Positions 24,334-37,721 are shown, numbered from the stretch's first letter. The stretch is 64,000 nt of DNA from Octopus vulgaris (GCA_951406725.2 OX597829.1:37882001-37946000); one strand, 5' to 3'. Notes: generated from the letters alone by a model not told the origin. A program made the numbers and translations.

Positions 24334-24794
24334 CATGCACAGCAGAGTTCAAGGTCAATCTTTGCCAAGCAGCTTCACTTTGCATGCTTCAGCTTCATTA
24401 CTATGGCAGCAGTCTGGATACTTATTGATCAGACAGTTGTTCTATCTTAGGACCCATATCTTCCTTTGAAGCCTAATTTCTTTGATAAACCTATTTTATT
24501 ATTTATTTTTAGTTCTTTTGATTCTTTGAATTTCTATTTTCTTAATTAAAATTTTTTTTTGACTTTGTTGTATTTATCTTCTGCTTCTCTCTCTGGATTT
24601 GTAATTGATCTCTGATTATTGCTCTCTTAAAGCAAAACCTTACCTTTGGATATATACTGTGTCCCCTTACTCTCTGTCATAGAGTTGATGTTTGAGATTA
24701 CCATGAACCGTTCTGAAGATCACTCAGTTAGTTTACCACTTAGCATACTTGTGTGTTTGGGTGTACACACACATGTATACCTATATGTATATTT

Positions 24795-25107
24795 TATATT
24801 GAAGCTCAGATGTCTGGCAACTGACTTGGTAGATACCCACAAGATTATCCACCATCTTTCCAGCAACAACCTTGGTCACCTTTTTGAATTTCATATGTTT
24901 AATAACCATGGACATGCTTACAAAATCAAAAATTAACACAGTGCCTATGACTTTTGGAAACATTTTTTCACAGAATTGCTGAAGCATGGAATAAACTACC
25001 TGCAAAAGTAGCTATCTGTCAAGACCCTATATCCTTCAAAACTTCCATTCCATGCTTCCTGGAATTCGCCAACAGTACATCTGATGGATTTTTTTTTTGT
25101 CTTAGTT
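24795..25107 (+). mobile_element. CR1/L2-group LINE 3' fragment
   Basis: LKLRCLATDLVDTHKII...HGHAYKI and RIAEAWNKLP...SFK match the CR1 C-terminal pattern (RRLRGDLI..YKI, TRGH..KL, RV...WN.LP). Confidence 0.75.
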
Positions 25108-25115
25108 GTAGTGCA

Positions 25116-25885
25116 GGATCTAGTTGGGTTGGCTACCAGCATCAATTTCTGTTCAAATTGATTTCATATTCAGTGTAATGATACACTTTTATAGGCTAAT
25201 GAATGACATAAAAATCATTTTTGCTATAAATCAATAAATAAAGAGTTATTAGCAATTAAAGTTTGAAAATTTTAGGGAATTTTAACCTATCGTAAGCCAG
25301 AGACATTCATGCATGTTTCCATAGTAACAAGCAAAACATGCCAGCGAGAAAGCAAGTGTGTTGACAAATTTATTCTACACAATGCCACGTGTGTTGACAC
25401 TGTGTTCTGTTGCTTGTACCCTGGTCATGAGATGTGCAAAAAATAACAGCTAAATAGGCTTTAAATCATGCCCCTCCTCCATTTAAACATTTTTTTTGGC
25501 ATAATCATATAAATTCCCATGTGTAGAGTACAAATTCACAAAAATTCTCTGAAAATTCCAGATTTTAAAAAAGTTATGAGGGGTTATATATTGTATATTA
25601 AGCAGAATTTGATTTGTTTACAGGTTCACATAAAAACACGTGCTATTTTCAGAATATTAACAACACGTGCAGTCATGCACAAAATGACAGCTTCCAAATC
25701 CTGTTTCCTGACTGGGTGAAAATGATCAAACTTTAAACCTCTATAACTTTTTTAAAACATTTTTCTAGGAAAAAGTGAAATAACTCCAGTAATTCAGCTT
25801 GGAAAAGTATATTAATGTGCCAAATTAAAAAATTTTTGATAAACTTTTAAGTTTTTAAATACTCGCAGCCAAACCAGTCAGATCT
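25116..25885. mobile_element. Second GGATCT-ended non-autonomous DNA element with 8-bp TSD
   Basis: GGATCTAGTTGGGTTGGCTACCAG / CTCGCAGCCAAACCAGTCAGATCT; TSD gtagtgca (25108-25115) / gtaatgca (25886-25893). Confidence 0.65.
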
Positions 25886-25982
25886 GTAATGCACCTGAGC
25901 ACTGTATACAATTTCTTTCATATATTTCATATATGGGCAGCTGTTGATAAGTATCTATTGTATAACTAACAGGAGTGGCTGA

Positions 25983-26298
25983 CTCCCTCTCTCTCTCTAT
26001 CTCTACCTTCTCCTCTCTCTCTTTCTTTCCCCCTCTTTCTCCCCTCTCCCCCTTCTGTCCTATCTCCCTTGAATAATTTCTTCTCCTGTCACTTCTCTCT
26101 CCCGCTTCTCTCCCCCTCTCTCCCTTCTCTCCCTATCTCTTTCTCCCACTCTTCCTCTTCTCCTTTTCTCTCTTTCTTCCACTTTTCCTTTTCTCTCTAC
26201 TGCATTCTTTCTTTCCCTTCTCCCTCTCACCCCCTCTCTTTTTCACTCCCTCTTCTTTTCTCTCTTTCTCACTCTCTCCCTTTCTTTCTCCCATCTCT
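25983..26298. repeat. Polypyrimidine (CT-rich) low-complexity tract
   Basis: About 315 bp of almost exclusively C/T on the plus strand. Confidence 0.85.
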
Positions 26299-27658
26299 TT
26301 GTCATAGAAAAATAATTCCTTACATTCACTTCTTAATCACCAACCATTTTCAATTCAGTTCCTCTGCATGGTACCATGGGCACATGCTTTCTGATGTAGC
26401 CTGGGCTAAGCAAAGCCTCAAATGGATTTGGTACATGGAAACTGAAGGAAACCTATCATACTTAGCAGTTTAGCAAAAGAGATTGATAGAATAAGTACTA
26501 GGCTTACAAAGAATAAGTCCTAAGGTCGATTTGTTTGTGCTCCAGCATGGCTACAGTCAAATGACTGAAACAAGTAAAAGAATAAAGGAATAATACACAA
26601 TCCATACATGCACACACATCATCATCATCATCATTGTCATCGTTGTCATCATCATCATCACCACCACCACCACCATTGTTATCATCACCACCATTGTTAT
26701 CATCACCACCATCACCATCACCACCAACTCTATCATCATCATCTTTGTCATCATCATTTAATATCCCCCAAGTCTATTGAGGTTGCTGTGCAGCTTGCAA
26801 GACTATAAACCCTTTATGCCATGAGCTGAGGGGGTTAAAGTATGAGAGAAGGTTTCAGAACAGAACATGTTTCTAACTGTAGAGGGGCCACGAGGCTGCT
26901 TACTTTTTAGAAGTGGAGGTAGGGAGTGGGGAAAAGATAAAAATAATGCTAATGAAGCATCTGTGTGGATCCTGAGTGTATGAGATGAGTAGAAGTGTAT
27001 GGGGAACAAAAGAACCTAGAGCATGGGTGGTTAGAAGTTGCTAGGGTGTGTGGGAGAGTCAGTAATAGGGAAGGGGGTGGGCAATGATTATAATGAATGA
27101 AGAACACCTGTTGGGTGGATGGTAAGTTGGGGAGATAGGGAAGAATAGGTAGCAATTGTAGAAAGTGAATAGGGCTGAGAGGTGGATGTCATGAATGATG
27201 GGCTAGGGGTAACCAATTTGTTCACCAATGATGGTGGGTGGACAAATCATTGTAGACAAGGGAAAGGTGTGAGAGAAAAGAGAGAGAGATGATGGAGAGT
27301 GGTTGAGAAAATTGCAAGATTGTAGAAGAAAGGGTTAGATATAGAGCATGGGGAGAGTTAGAAACTTGTGGTGATGGAGAGATGAAATAATTTGGTGGTT
27401 CTGGTAGTGGGGGGGGGTACCAGTGTAAACTGTGGGTAGAAAGGACAAATTAGGGTTGATGGGTGGAAATGCTACCACATAGTGAGAAATGTTAACTGTA
27501 TCAAGGTAAATCTGCAGTTAGAGAGATGAAGATTAGGAGAAAAGTGGGGGAAGGGTCCAGTTATACATATATATGATTAGGTTTATGTATGTATGTATGT
27601 ATGTATGTATGTATATATATATATATATATACTATATATATGTATATATGTATATATG

Positions 27659-27696
<38 letters not shown>

Positions 27697-27725
27697 TATG
27701 TAGGTATATGTATGGTATATGTATG

Positions 27726-27769
<44 letters not shown>

Positions 27770-28087
27770 GTACATATGTATGTACATATGTATGTATGTA
27801 TGTCATCATCATCATCATCATCATCATCATTTAACGTCTGCTTTCCATGCTGGCATGGGTTGGACAGTTTTACTGAGGGCTGGCAAGCCAGAAGGCTACA
27901 CCATTCTCCAATCTGATCTGACAAAGTTTTGACAGCTGGAAGCCCTTCCCAACACCAACCACTCCGAGAGTGTAGTGGGTACTTTTACATGCCACTGGCA
28001 CGAGGGCCAGTCAGGCAATACTAGCATTGACCATGCTCAAAAATGGTGCTTTTTACATGCCACCTGCACAGGAGCCAGGCTGGTGGC

Positions 28088-29322
28088 TGGACAAAATAAT
28101 AGAAACGCCTTAAAATTTCAAACAAATTTATTTTAATTTGGGGTAGGACATGTTTGGCAGTAATTACAGCTTGAATTCTATGAGGTTTGAACTTGTACTA
28201 AGTTTGAATTGATTCCAAAGGAATTTTTGTCCATTCTTCAGCTAAAACAGTCTCCAGTTCTTGTAGTGATGATGGTGGAGGATATCGACTCCTTACTTGT
28301 TTTTCTAAAATGCACCATAAATGTTCTATAATATTGAGATCTGGGGACTGTGGTGGCCAGATAAGATGTTCAACTTCAGTAACAACTTCAGCTGTGTGAA
28401 TTGGTGCACTATCATCCTGAAAGATTGCGTTTCCCTCTGGAAATAGTTCCACAAACATAGGATGAATTTGATCAGATGAAATGCTTAAATAGTCTTGACT
28501 ATTAATTCTGCCATGAAGGGAAACCATTGGGCCAGCGGATTTCCAAGATATAGCCCCACCAGATCATCACAGATCCTCCTCCATGTTTAACAGTTGGAAA
28601 AAGGCAGTCTGTTTCAAATGCTTCTTTTGGCTGTCTCCACACGTATACTCAGCCAGTGGTCAGAAATAAGGTAAAGGATGACTCATCTTAGAAAATAACA
28701 TTCTTCCACTGCTCTAGGGACCAATTCTGTAGGTTTTTACTCCACTCTAAATGCTTCGCAACGTTAGTGTTTGAAAGTAGTGGTTTTCTGATTGCAGCCC
28801 TCCCATGAAATCCAACTTCGTGCAGCTCCCAGCAAACAGTTTTTGTGGAAACTGGGTTCTTCAGTTGGTCATTAAGCTCTGCAGTAATTTTGGGAGCTAT
28901 ACTTTTGTGATCCTTTCTAACAATTCACAGAAGAGTCTGACAGTCCCTATCTGAAAGTTTTGGTTTTCTTCCGAAGTTTTGTTCTGACAAGAAGGTTTTT
29001 TCCCTCTTTCTCAAAGGCTGCCATTACTTTTGAGACAGTACTTCTTGATACACCAAACATTTTGGCTGTTTTTGTTATGCTAACACCTGCCATATGAGCA
29101 CCAACAATTTGACCTCTTTGAAAGTCCAATAGATCTGTCATTTTAATGAATTTTAATTACCTTTTTCTGATGATATCTGAAAAGAAACAGCAATTTTAGC
29201 AAAACATATTAAGCAACATTAATAATAAATCAAAAAACATAAAAATAAACTTTTGACAGTTTTATAGATATTTCAAAATTAGGATGCTATGATGCTAGGT
29301 GTTTCCATTATTTTGTCCAACC

Positions 29323-29325
<3 letters not shown>
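28088..29325 (-). mobile_element. Tc1-family transposon with decayed DD34E-type transposase
   Basis: TIR TA-CAGGGTTGGACAAAATAATGGAAACACCT on the right end, truncated copy on the left. ORF 28947-29141 is a paired-like HTH; VIF*DESSF at ~28675-28700; ORF 28198-28527 has FQDDSAPIH and WPPQSPDLNIIEHLW. Confidence 0.92.
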
Positions 29326-29364
<39 letters not shown>

Positions 29365-29478
29365 ATATATATGTATGTGTATGTATGTATGTATGTATGT
29401 ATGTAGATATATGTATGTGTATGTATATATATATATATATATATATACATACATACATAGATATATATACATGTATAA

Positions 29479-29501
29479 AACACTTTGAGAAATAATCTCT
29501 T

Positions 29502-29583
<82 letters not shown>

Positions 29584-29860
29584 GAGAGATTATTTCTCAA
29601 AGTGTTAAGACTGAGAAAAGAACCTTTTTAGAAAGTCAAAAGACACTAACCTTTGGAAAGAGATTTCACAAAATGTGTGTAGGCTTTGCTTTTATAGATG
29701 TGCAAGCGATTTCAGTTCTTAACATTTTCTCGAAAACGTTAAAGCAAAGCCTACACACATTTTGTGAAATCTCTTCCCAAAGGTTAGTGTCTTTCGACTT
29801 TCTAAAAAGGTTCTTTTCTCAGTTTTAACTCTTTGAGAAAAAAATCTTCTCTCCAAATAT
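29479..29860. repeat. Fold-back element (~115-bp arms) adjoining (TA)n, plus an extra terminal fragment
   Basis: 29577-29692 is the near-perfect reverse complement of 29741-29860; 29479-29508 mirrors 29577-29606 across the TA tract. Confidence 0.85.
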
Positions 29861-30929
29861 AACTGTATCAAAGAATTTCTAAAACACTCTAAATACACAC
29901 ACACACATACACACACACACATGTAAGCACATATATATACCCAGTACTTCAAGAACTTAGTTTTCCCAAGCTGGGTGGAGGTTTTCAGAACTGCATAACG
30001 TCACTCATCCTAGTCCTTTGTCATCTCTTCAATGAGTTTCAAGGTCCTGAGAGCAGCCTTCATGTTCCTTTCATGGTTTATGTAACAGCCACATTGAGGA
30101 TGATTAAAATGAATAAGAGAGGAACATGTATTGACTGTATCTGTGTGAGAAGAGTTTAGAATTATTAGGTTCAGAAGAGCAACAGCTGGTCTCTTAGTCT
30201 TAGCAAATGTCACAAAGAGCAAACATGAAAATCAACAACTGGTGGGTGGAGGGAATATATTGGAAATGAATGTTTGTAATGAATTGTTGCAACTAATTAT
30301 AATAAATGTTCGGTATCGTTAAAAAGAAAAAGCGAAAAATTATGCACTGATAAATTTGTGGAGTTAAATAAGTTATATATTGACCTAATTAGTGAATATA
30401 GAATATTTTGAACCAATGAGGGTAACTTCTATGCAGTTGCTCAATCTGCTAGAAATAGCAGTCAAAAATTCTTTCAAATTCAAATAACAATCCTGCTCTT
30501 TGGAAAAGGGGAAGGACAGACTTTTTTTTTTTGACAGTATATCAAAGAGATATATTGTCTAGAAAAAAAACGTGTGGTGGTCATGACTGAATAGCCTTTG
30601 ATTATAGATTATAGATCTGTTCAATCATGTTTCACATAGATCTAAACAACAATAATACTATTCTTGCCATTGTTGTTGCTACTTTTACTATGATTACTAC
30701 TGGATGATGGCAATACCACCACTACTATAAAATTCAATATTTTTTATTTTGCAACTCTGAAATGCATTTTTCTGTATATTTTGTTCACTTGCTTGTTACC
30801 TGCTCTATGTGCCCTTACTCTACCAGCAGATTTTCATTCTACTTCCAACTTTGAGCTGCAACTTGTTCTTGCCTATCATCTACTCCCTTCCAAAAGAGAA
30901 AATCTCCAAAGAGTGCAAGAGAAGAATTA

Positions 30930-31522
30930 GGATGGTACTCAAATGAAATTAAATTGAGGGAATGTTATTAAAGCAATGAATATTTGGACTTTACCAGAAT
31001 TAAGATATTCCACTCTTTTCCTAAAAGTCAGAGCTATAGTTAAATACAGAAGACACCATTTGTACTGTGATATTGAGTTTGAAAAACTATGTTGTATGTA
31101 ATGAAGAAAGAATGCTACCTGCAACCAGAAATATCTGAAAAGTTACTGGAACTATAAGAGAATTCAAGAATAGAAAGGTGAACAACAGAACAAGTAGCTG
31201 GAAAGAGAAGGAATTACATGGCCAATTCATGCAATGAGCTGAGGATGTCAGAAGTAAAAAACACTGGTTGTGGTTGACAGATGGAAACCTGAAATAAGAA
31301 ACTGAGTTGTTGATTATAGCAGCTCAGGAACAAATCATTAGAAATAATTTCATAAGGACAAAGACTAATAAAACTCAGTTAAAGAGCTAATAGAAAATGT
31401 ATGAAAAGGGGAAGAGGAGATGAAAGTATTAACCATCTAAGTGAATGCAATAAGCTAGCACAAAAAGAGTATAAGCACAAACATGACTGAATCAGTAAAA
31501 AAAGTGCATTGGAATGTTAGCT
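30930..31522 (+). mobile_element. Dong/R4-clade LINE relic
   Basis: Manual translation: KLN*GNVIKAMNIWTLPELRYS; WKEKELHGQF; WLWLTDGNLK*ETELLIIAAQEQ; ECNKLAQKEYKHKHD. Confidence 0.75.
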
Positions 31523-31872
31523 AAGTTTGTGATTTCAAGATGATAGAAAAAGACCACCCATTCAACACATGCTGGCATGGAAAATCAGACATAGAAACAA
31601 TGTTGATTCTTACATGTGTGTTTATATCTGTCTCTATCCATCCATCCATTTGTCCATTCAACCATCTCTCTGTTGGTCTGTCTGTTTGGCTGTCTGTATG
31701 TTTGTCTATACATTCATCCATCCATCCATCCATCCACCTGCCTGTCTATCTAACTGTCTATCCATCTGTTGTTGTTGTTATGTGTGTGTGTGTGTTTACT
31801 TTTTTTTTTCAAGCTTGTTATATTGAAGACAATATAACCTTTTATTGAAAATTGTCTTCATATTTCTTCATT

Positions 31873-32013
31873 TGTGGTTCTGGTTCTGGGTTCACTCCTG
31901 TTGTGTAGCACCTCAGGCAAGTGTCTTCTATAGCCTCGGGCTGACCAAAGTCTTGTGAGTTGATTTAGTAGGTGGAAACTGAAAGAATCCCATCATACAC
32001 ACACACACACACG

Positions 32014-32049
<36 letters not shown>

Positions 32050-32470
32050 GTTGAAATTTATAGAAAAGCAAAATTAGAAGACAAGTGTATGAACAACAAG
32101 CAGGTGTATTAGTTTGATACTTTGGAAAATGAAAAACGTTTTTTATGTTTCGAGCCTACGCTCTCTAACAGAAAGGAATAAGAGAAAAATAAACAGAGAG
32201 AATGAAAAAAAATGTGTAGATTTATTGGTCAAGCTAATGTATATATGTATCTGTGTGTGTGTCTTTGTGTCTGTGTTTGTCAGCCCATCACCACTTGATA
32301 ACTGGTGCTAGTGTGTTTACATCACTATAACTTAGTGGCTCACCAAAAGAGACCAATAGAATAAGTACTAGGCTTAAGAAAAAAGTCCTGGAGTTGATTT
32401 GTTCGACTAAAAAAAAAAAACCCCTTCAAGGCGGTGCTCCAGCATGGCCACAGTCAAATGACTGAAACAG
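31873..32470 (+). mobile_element. SINE-B with a Penelope-like fragment (~32047-32238) in its microsatellite
   Basis: CORE-like segment at ~31905-31945 and tail at 32250-32470, separated by unrelated sequence. Confidence 0.75.
32140..32176 (-). ncRNA. Degenerate hammerhead-like motif
   Basis: Minus strand: CTTT-CTGTTAG-A-GAGC-gtag-GCTC-GAAAC-ATA-AAA. Stem II and GAAAC are intact; the CUGANGA box is altered. Confidence 0.4.
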
Positions 32471-32489
32471 GTCATTAGTTCTCTCTTTA

Positions 32490-32686
32490 TTCTTACTCTT
32501 TACTTGTTTCAGTCATTTGACTGTGGCCATGCTGGAGCACCGCCTTTAGTCGAGCAAATCAACCCCAGGACTTATTCTTTGTAAGCCTAGTACTTACTCT
32601 ATCGGTCTTTTTTGTTGAACCGCTAAGTTACGGGGATGCAAACACACCACCATCGGTTGTCAACCGATGTTGGGGGACACACACAA

Positions 32687-32719
<33 letters not shown>

Positions 32720-32863
32720 CATATATAAGATGGGCTTCTTTCAGTTTTGGTTGGCCCGAGGCCTATAGTAGAAGTGACTTGTCCAAGATGCCACGCAGTG
32801 GGTTTGAACCCGGAACCATGAAGTTGGTAAGCAAGCTACTTATCACACAGCCACTCCTGCACC
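32490..32863 (-). mobile_element. SINE-B, tail-to-tail with the preceding copy
   Basis: Full tail, microsatellite and tRNA-like head on the minus strand. Confidence 0.85.
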
Positions 32864-33173
32864 TGTTTCTTCAGTTTCTTTTTTTTTTTTTTTATGACAG
32901 TAGCATTACTAAGTCTGTTAATTTTGAATGATGATGCCACGTTTGTAATAAGCAAGCAGCTAGGGATCATATATTTTATATGCCTTTAGTAAGAAACATA
33001 CATATATATATTTAAGGAAACTTTACTTCAGCTATCACATTCAATCACAAAGCTCCATGTAAACTACTTACACACATGAATGTATAGCCGTGAAACTCAT
33101 GCTGTTTTGTGTGCATGCATGCGTGTATACATATTTGTCAGAAATAGGTTACTATGAAATGCCAGGTTTTTTT

Positions 33174-33236
33174 TATTATTATTATTTATTTTTATTATTA
33201 TTATTATTATTATTATTGTTATTATTATTATCATCA

Positions 33237-33291
<55 letters not shown>

Positions 33292-33413
33292 TATTATTAT
33301 TATTATCATTATTACTATTATTATTATTACTATTATTATTATTATTATTATTATCATCATCATTATTATTATCATTATTATAATTATAATTATTATTATT
33401 ATTATTATTATTA

Positions 33414-33447
<34 letters not shown>

Positions 33448-33483
33448 TACTACTACTACTATTATTATTATTACTACTATTAC

Positions 33484-33525
<42 letters not shown>

Positions 33526-33534
33526 TACTACTAC

Positions 33535-33608
<74 letters not shown>

Positions 33609-33725
33609 TTATTATTATTATTATTACTATTATTATTATTACTATTATTATTATTATTATTATTACTACTACTACTACTACTACTACTATTATTATTATT
33701 ATTATTACTATTATTATTATTATTA

Positions 33726-33801
<76 letters not shown>

Positions 33802-33925
33802 TACTAATACTATTATTATTATTATTATTATTATTACTACTACTACTACTACTATTATTATTATTATTATCATTATTATTATTACTACTATTATTATTGT
33901 TATCATTACTAACTACTACTACTAC

Positions 33926-33977
<52 letters not shown>

Positions 33978-33999
33978 TTTTTTTTTTTTTTTTTTTTTT
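33174..33999. repeat. Very long (TAT)n/(TAC)n microsatellite ending in poly-T
   Basis: About 800 bp of trinucleotide repeat; accounts for the poly-I, poly-Y and poly-L ORFs. Confidence 0.97.
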
Positions 34000-34910
34000 A
34001 AGTTCTCCCTTCAGAATGTTTAACTGCTTCATTTGATACGGAGAGAAATGGGGAAATTTCTGTACAGATGAATGTTTTTTTGTTTTTTTTATAGCTTTAG
34101 GTAAGATTTAAAGTATGAGATCAGAATAAATAATACTGTATTAGAGGGCCAGGGAGGTGTTCCACTGATTGTATTTATTCACTACAACTGCAGAAAGAAG
34201 AAGAAGAAGAAGAAGAAGAAGAAGAAAAAAAAACTAAACATAAAGAGAATAAAAGAGTCTCTCTGTAATCGTTGTTAGAAATAGCAACAAAAATTCCTCT
34301 CAAATTAAATCCTACTATTTTTTTTTAAAGCAAGGATACATGAGATAATGTAATCATAGATGTACCTAAAAATGCAAATAGGTATGAGGTAGATTACCTG
34401 GGGTTTTAATTACAGCAAGGCTTATGCATGTGTCTGTTGCATATGTTTTGTAATGATGTAGGATGGTCGGATTTGTAGTTTTAAGTTGAAAATAGTGAAG
34501 AGATGATGAATTCTTGGCTAATGCTGTCTGGAAAATTATAGACTCTGAATGTGTTGTTTTATTCTTTTCATCAGTTTAGCAGCCGAAGAGATGTAGTTAA
34601 GTGCAATTTAAGGGCATCCTTGGTATCAGGAAGGGCATCCAGCCGTAGAAACTCTGCAAGATCAAGATTGAAGCCTGGTGCAGCCATCTGGCTCGCCAGA
34701 CCTCAGGCAAATCGTCCAACACATGCTAGCATGGAAAGCAAACGTTAAACGATGATGATGATGAATGTAACATTAAAAAAAAGCAATAAAAATCAATAAA
34801 AATGTGGTTTTTAAATTAACTGAAAGTTTTCTAAATCCAAGGAAAAGTCGTCACTGTCATTGACATCATTATCATCATCCTCGTTGTTGTCATCATCAAC
34901 GTCGTCGTCG

Positions 34911-34944
<34 letters not shown>

Positions 34945-36184
34945 TTATCACCACCACCACCACCACCACCATCATCATTTTTGTTGTTGTCTTTGTCATC
35001 ATCATCATCTTCACTACCAATACCACCACCACCACCACCATCATTTAACTTCTGTTTTCCATACTGGCATGGCTTGGATGGTTTGACAGGATCTGACAAG
35101 GCAGAGAACTGCACCAGGTTCCATTGTCTGCTTTGGCATGGTTTCTATAGCTGGATGATGCCCTTCCTAACACCAGTCACTTCACAGAGTGTACTGGGTG
35201 CTTTTTTTATGTAGCACCAGCATCTGTGGGGTCGCCAAGTAACTTGCAATACAATGATCGCACAACTGAGAGGGGCATCTGTATTGTGGGAGGTGGCTTT
35301 GTGCCAGTTGAGTGGTTAAAGTATAATAGAAGAATAGAGATAAGTGTCTTGCTGTAGAGAACATACTTGGTTAAAACATTTATAATTTGGAGTTAAGCAT
35401 AATTCTCGTTGAGAAGATATTTGGTTAAACTTTAAATTGATTAAAAAGTAAATGGAAGCATACAGCAGGAATTGACTCTGATCTTTGACAGTATGGTGAC
35501 AACATTGGACATGTTCCAGATGTATTATATTTCATTAGCAAAGTATATTGTAATTCATAACTACCAATTCTTAGAATAAATTTGACAGTATGTAATTCAT
35601 GCATAAAAGATAGGCAAGTTAAAATAATGACAATGGAAAATTTCCAAGGGAAGCCTTCTGCATGAGAAACAAACAGTTAAGTGCAGGTTGGCATAATTAG
35701 CTTAGTAACCTGGTAGTTATATGTATTATGCTTCACCAAGGCTATCTATTAAGACTGAAACATGTCCATAACTATCATAGGGTAGACAAATTCCCCACTA
35801 CACACCTCCATTTAGTTTTTACTAAATTTAAATTGTAGAATTCTTTCCCTAAGCTCTCATGATATGAAATTTTTGTTACTACCAGTGATTATTCTTTTCA
35901 TTACAAATACAATTTCAACTGATTAAACATTAAGTATATTAGCCTGCACTTAACTATATGTCCTTCATGCAGTGAGCATCCTTATATAAGTTTTCCATCT
36001 AAGAGCTAGTTTGCTATCCAAAATTTTGCTCTTTTTTTATTAAGTAAATCTTGTGTTGCTTTTATTGATGTGGTGGATGCTATTATTGTTGTTGGTATCA
36101 GTGGTGGTAGTGTGATAGTGTCCTTGTTAGGACAGATAAGCCCTGAACAAGCAGATATATAATGAAAAGTATTCCAGCTTTAAA

Positions 36185-36478
36185 CATACTACTGTGATAT
36201 TTGTAGTAAATCATTCACTCAACCAGGCAGTTTAACAATTCATATATACTGGCAAAAACACCAAATCACTGTGATATCTGTGGTAAATCATTCTCTTTAA
36301 ATGATCGGTTAACTACTCATGAATGTATTCACAGAAGAGAAAAACCCTGTTTATGACATCTGTAGTAAATCATTCTCTCAATGGAGACAACTAAACACAA
36401 ATATAATTAACACAGAAGAGAAGCTGTGTAACGGATATCACTAGTTAATCATTCTCACAAACAGAACAGTTAACAACG
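36185..36478 (+). pseudogene. Decayed tandem C2H2 zinc-finger fragment (about 4 fingers)
   Basis: Manual translation: YYCDICSKSFTQPGSLTIH; HCDICGKSFSLNDRLTTHECIHRREKP; DICSKSFSQ, with frameshifts between fingers. Confidence 0.8.
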
Positions 36479-36721
36479 CTTTTTCTTGTTCCACCTTTTT
36501 CTTTCCCTATTTTGTTCTTTTTTTAATTTTTATTTTGTTTTTAGCCACAAGTTTTCAATTTCCAAACAGCTAAAAAATGTCAGCAAAAGGACACCCATGA
36601 GTCATGACCTGGATGTGCCCAGGCCCCTTTGGAGTGTGAGAAGTTAAAAGGCCAAAACACTTGACTGAGGGGAGGTTTCTTTTCTGAAGACCTTCTTTTG
36701 TTCAGCTCTCCTGAGAGTTTC

Positions 36722-37232
36722 GTATTTCTTTACTGCCCACAAGGGGCTAAACATAGAGGGGACAAACAAGGACAGACAAGCGGATTAAGTCGATTACATT
36801 GACCCCAGTGCGTAACTGGTATTTATTTAATTGACCCCAGTGCGAAACTGGTATTTATTCAATTGACCTTAAGGCGGCGAGCTGGCAGAAACGTTAGCAC
36901 ACTGGGTGAAATGCTTTGTGGTACTTCGTCTGCCGCTGTGTTCTGAGTTCAAATTCTGCCAAGGTCGACTTTGCCTTTCATCCTTTCAGGGTCGATTAAA
37001 TAAATACCAATTATGCACTGGGGTCGATGTAATTGACCTAATCCGTTTGTCTGTCCATGTTTGTCCTCTCTGTGTTTAGCCCCTTGTGGGTAGTAAAGAA
37101 ATAAGTATTTATTTAATTGACCTTGGAAGGATGAAAGGCTAAGTTGATCTTGTCGGAATTTGAACTCAGAACGTAGTGGCAGATGAAATACCGCTAAGTA
37201 TTTCACCTGGCGTGCTAACGTTTCTGCCAGCT
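36722..37232. mobile_element. Minus-strand SINE-A with a full plus-strand SINE-A nested inside (~36872-37103)
   Basis: Outer TSD cctgagagtttc; inner TSD gtatttatt(c/t)aattgacctt. Confidence 0.9.
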
Positions 37233-37414
37233 CCTGAGAGTTTCTTACCACAGTATAGATCAGATTGAAAAAATCTGAAAAAGTTTTCTTCCTAATGACA
37301 TGGTTTCAAGTTTGCTTCCACTGTATGGCACCTTGGGCAAGTGTCTTCTAGATTAGCTTCAGGCCACAAAGCCTTCTGTGATGGATCTTCTGCAGCATCT
37401 TATATATTGCTGTG

Positions 37415-37708
37415 AGTTTTAAACTCATAAGGTCATGAGTTTGATACCTGGTGGCATGCTGTGTCCTTGAGCAAGACACTTTATTTCACATTACTCCAGT
37501 TCACTCAACTGGTAAAAATGAGTTGAACATGTAGTTCAAAGACCCAGCCATCTCACACTTGGTGACATAGTGAATTTTCCTGAGAGCTACCTGAAGGGAA
37601 CATACGTCTGTGGAGTACTCAGCCAGTTGCATATTAATTTCACGAGCAGGCTGTTCCATTGATCAGATCAACTGGAGCCTTTGTTGTCATAACTGACATA
37701 GTGCCATT
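37415..37708 (+). mobile_element. tRNA-derived SINE with CORE-like domain and a distinct tail
   Basis: 'gagtttgatacc' B-box remnant, 'gtgtccttgagcaagacactttatttc', 'ctccagttcactcaactggtaaaaatgagt' (shared with 44108-44356). Confidence 0.6.
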
Positions 37709-37721
37709 TGTATGTGAGTAT

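Noticed and set aside
33090-34001. Long ORFs (poly-I, poly-Y, poly-L, up to 269 aa)
   Set aside because: Translations of a (TAT)n microsatellite
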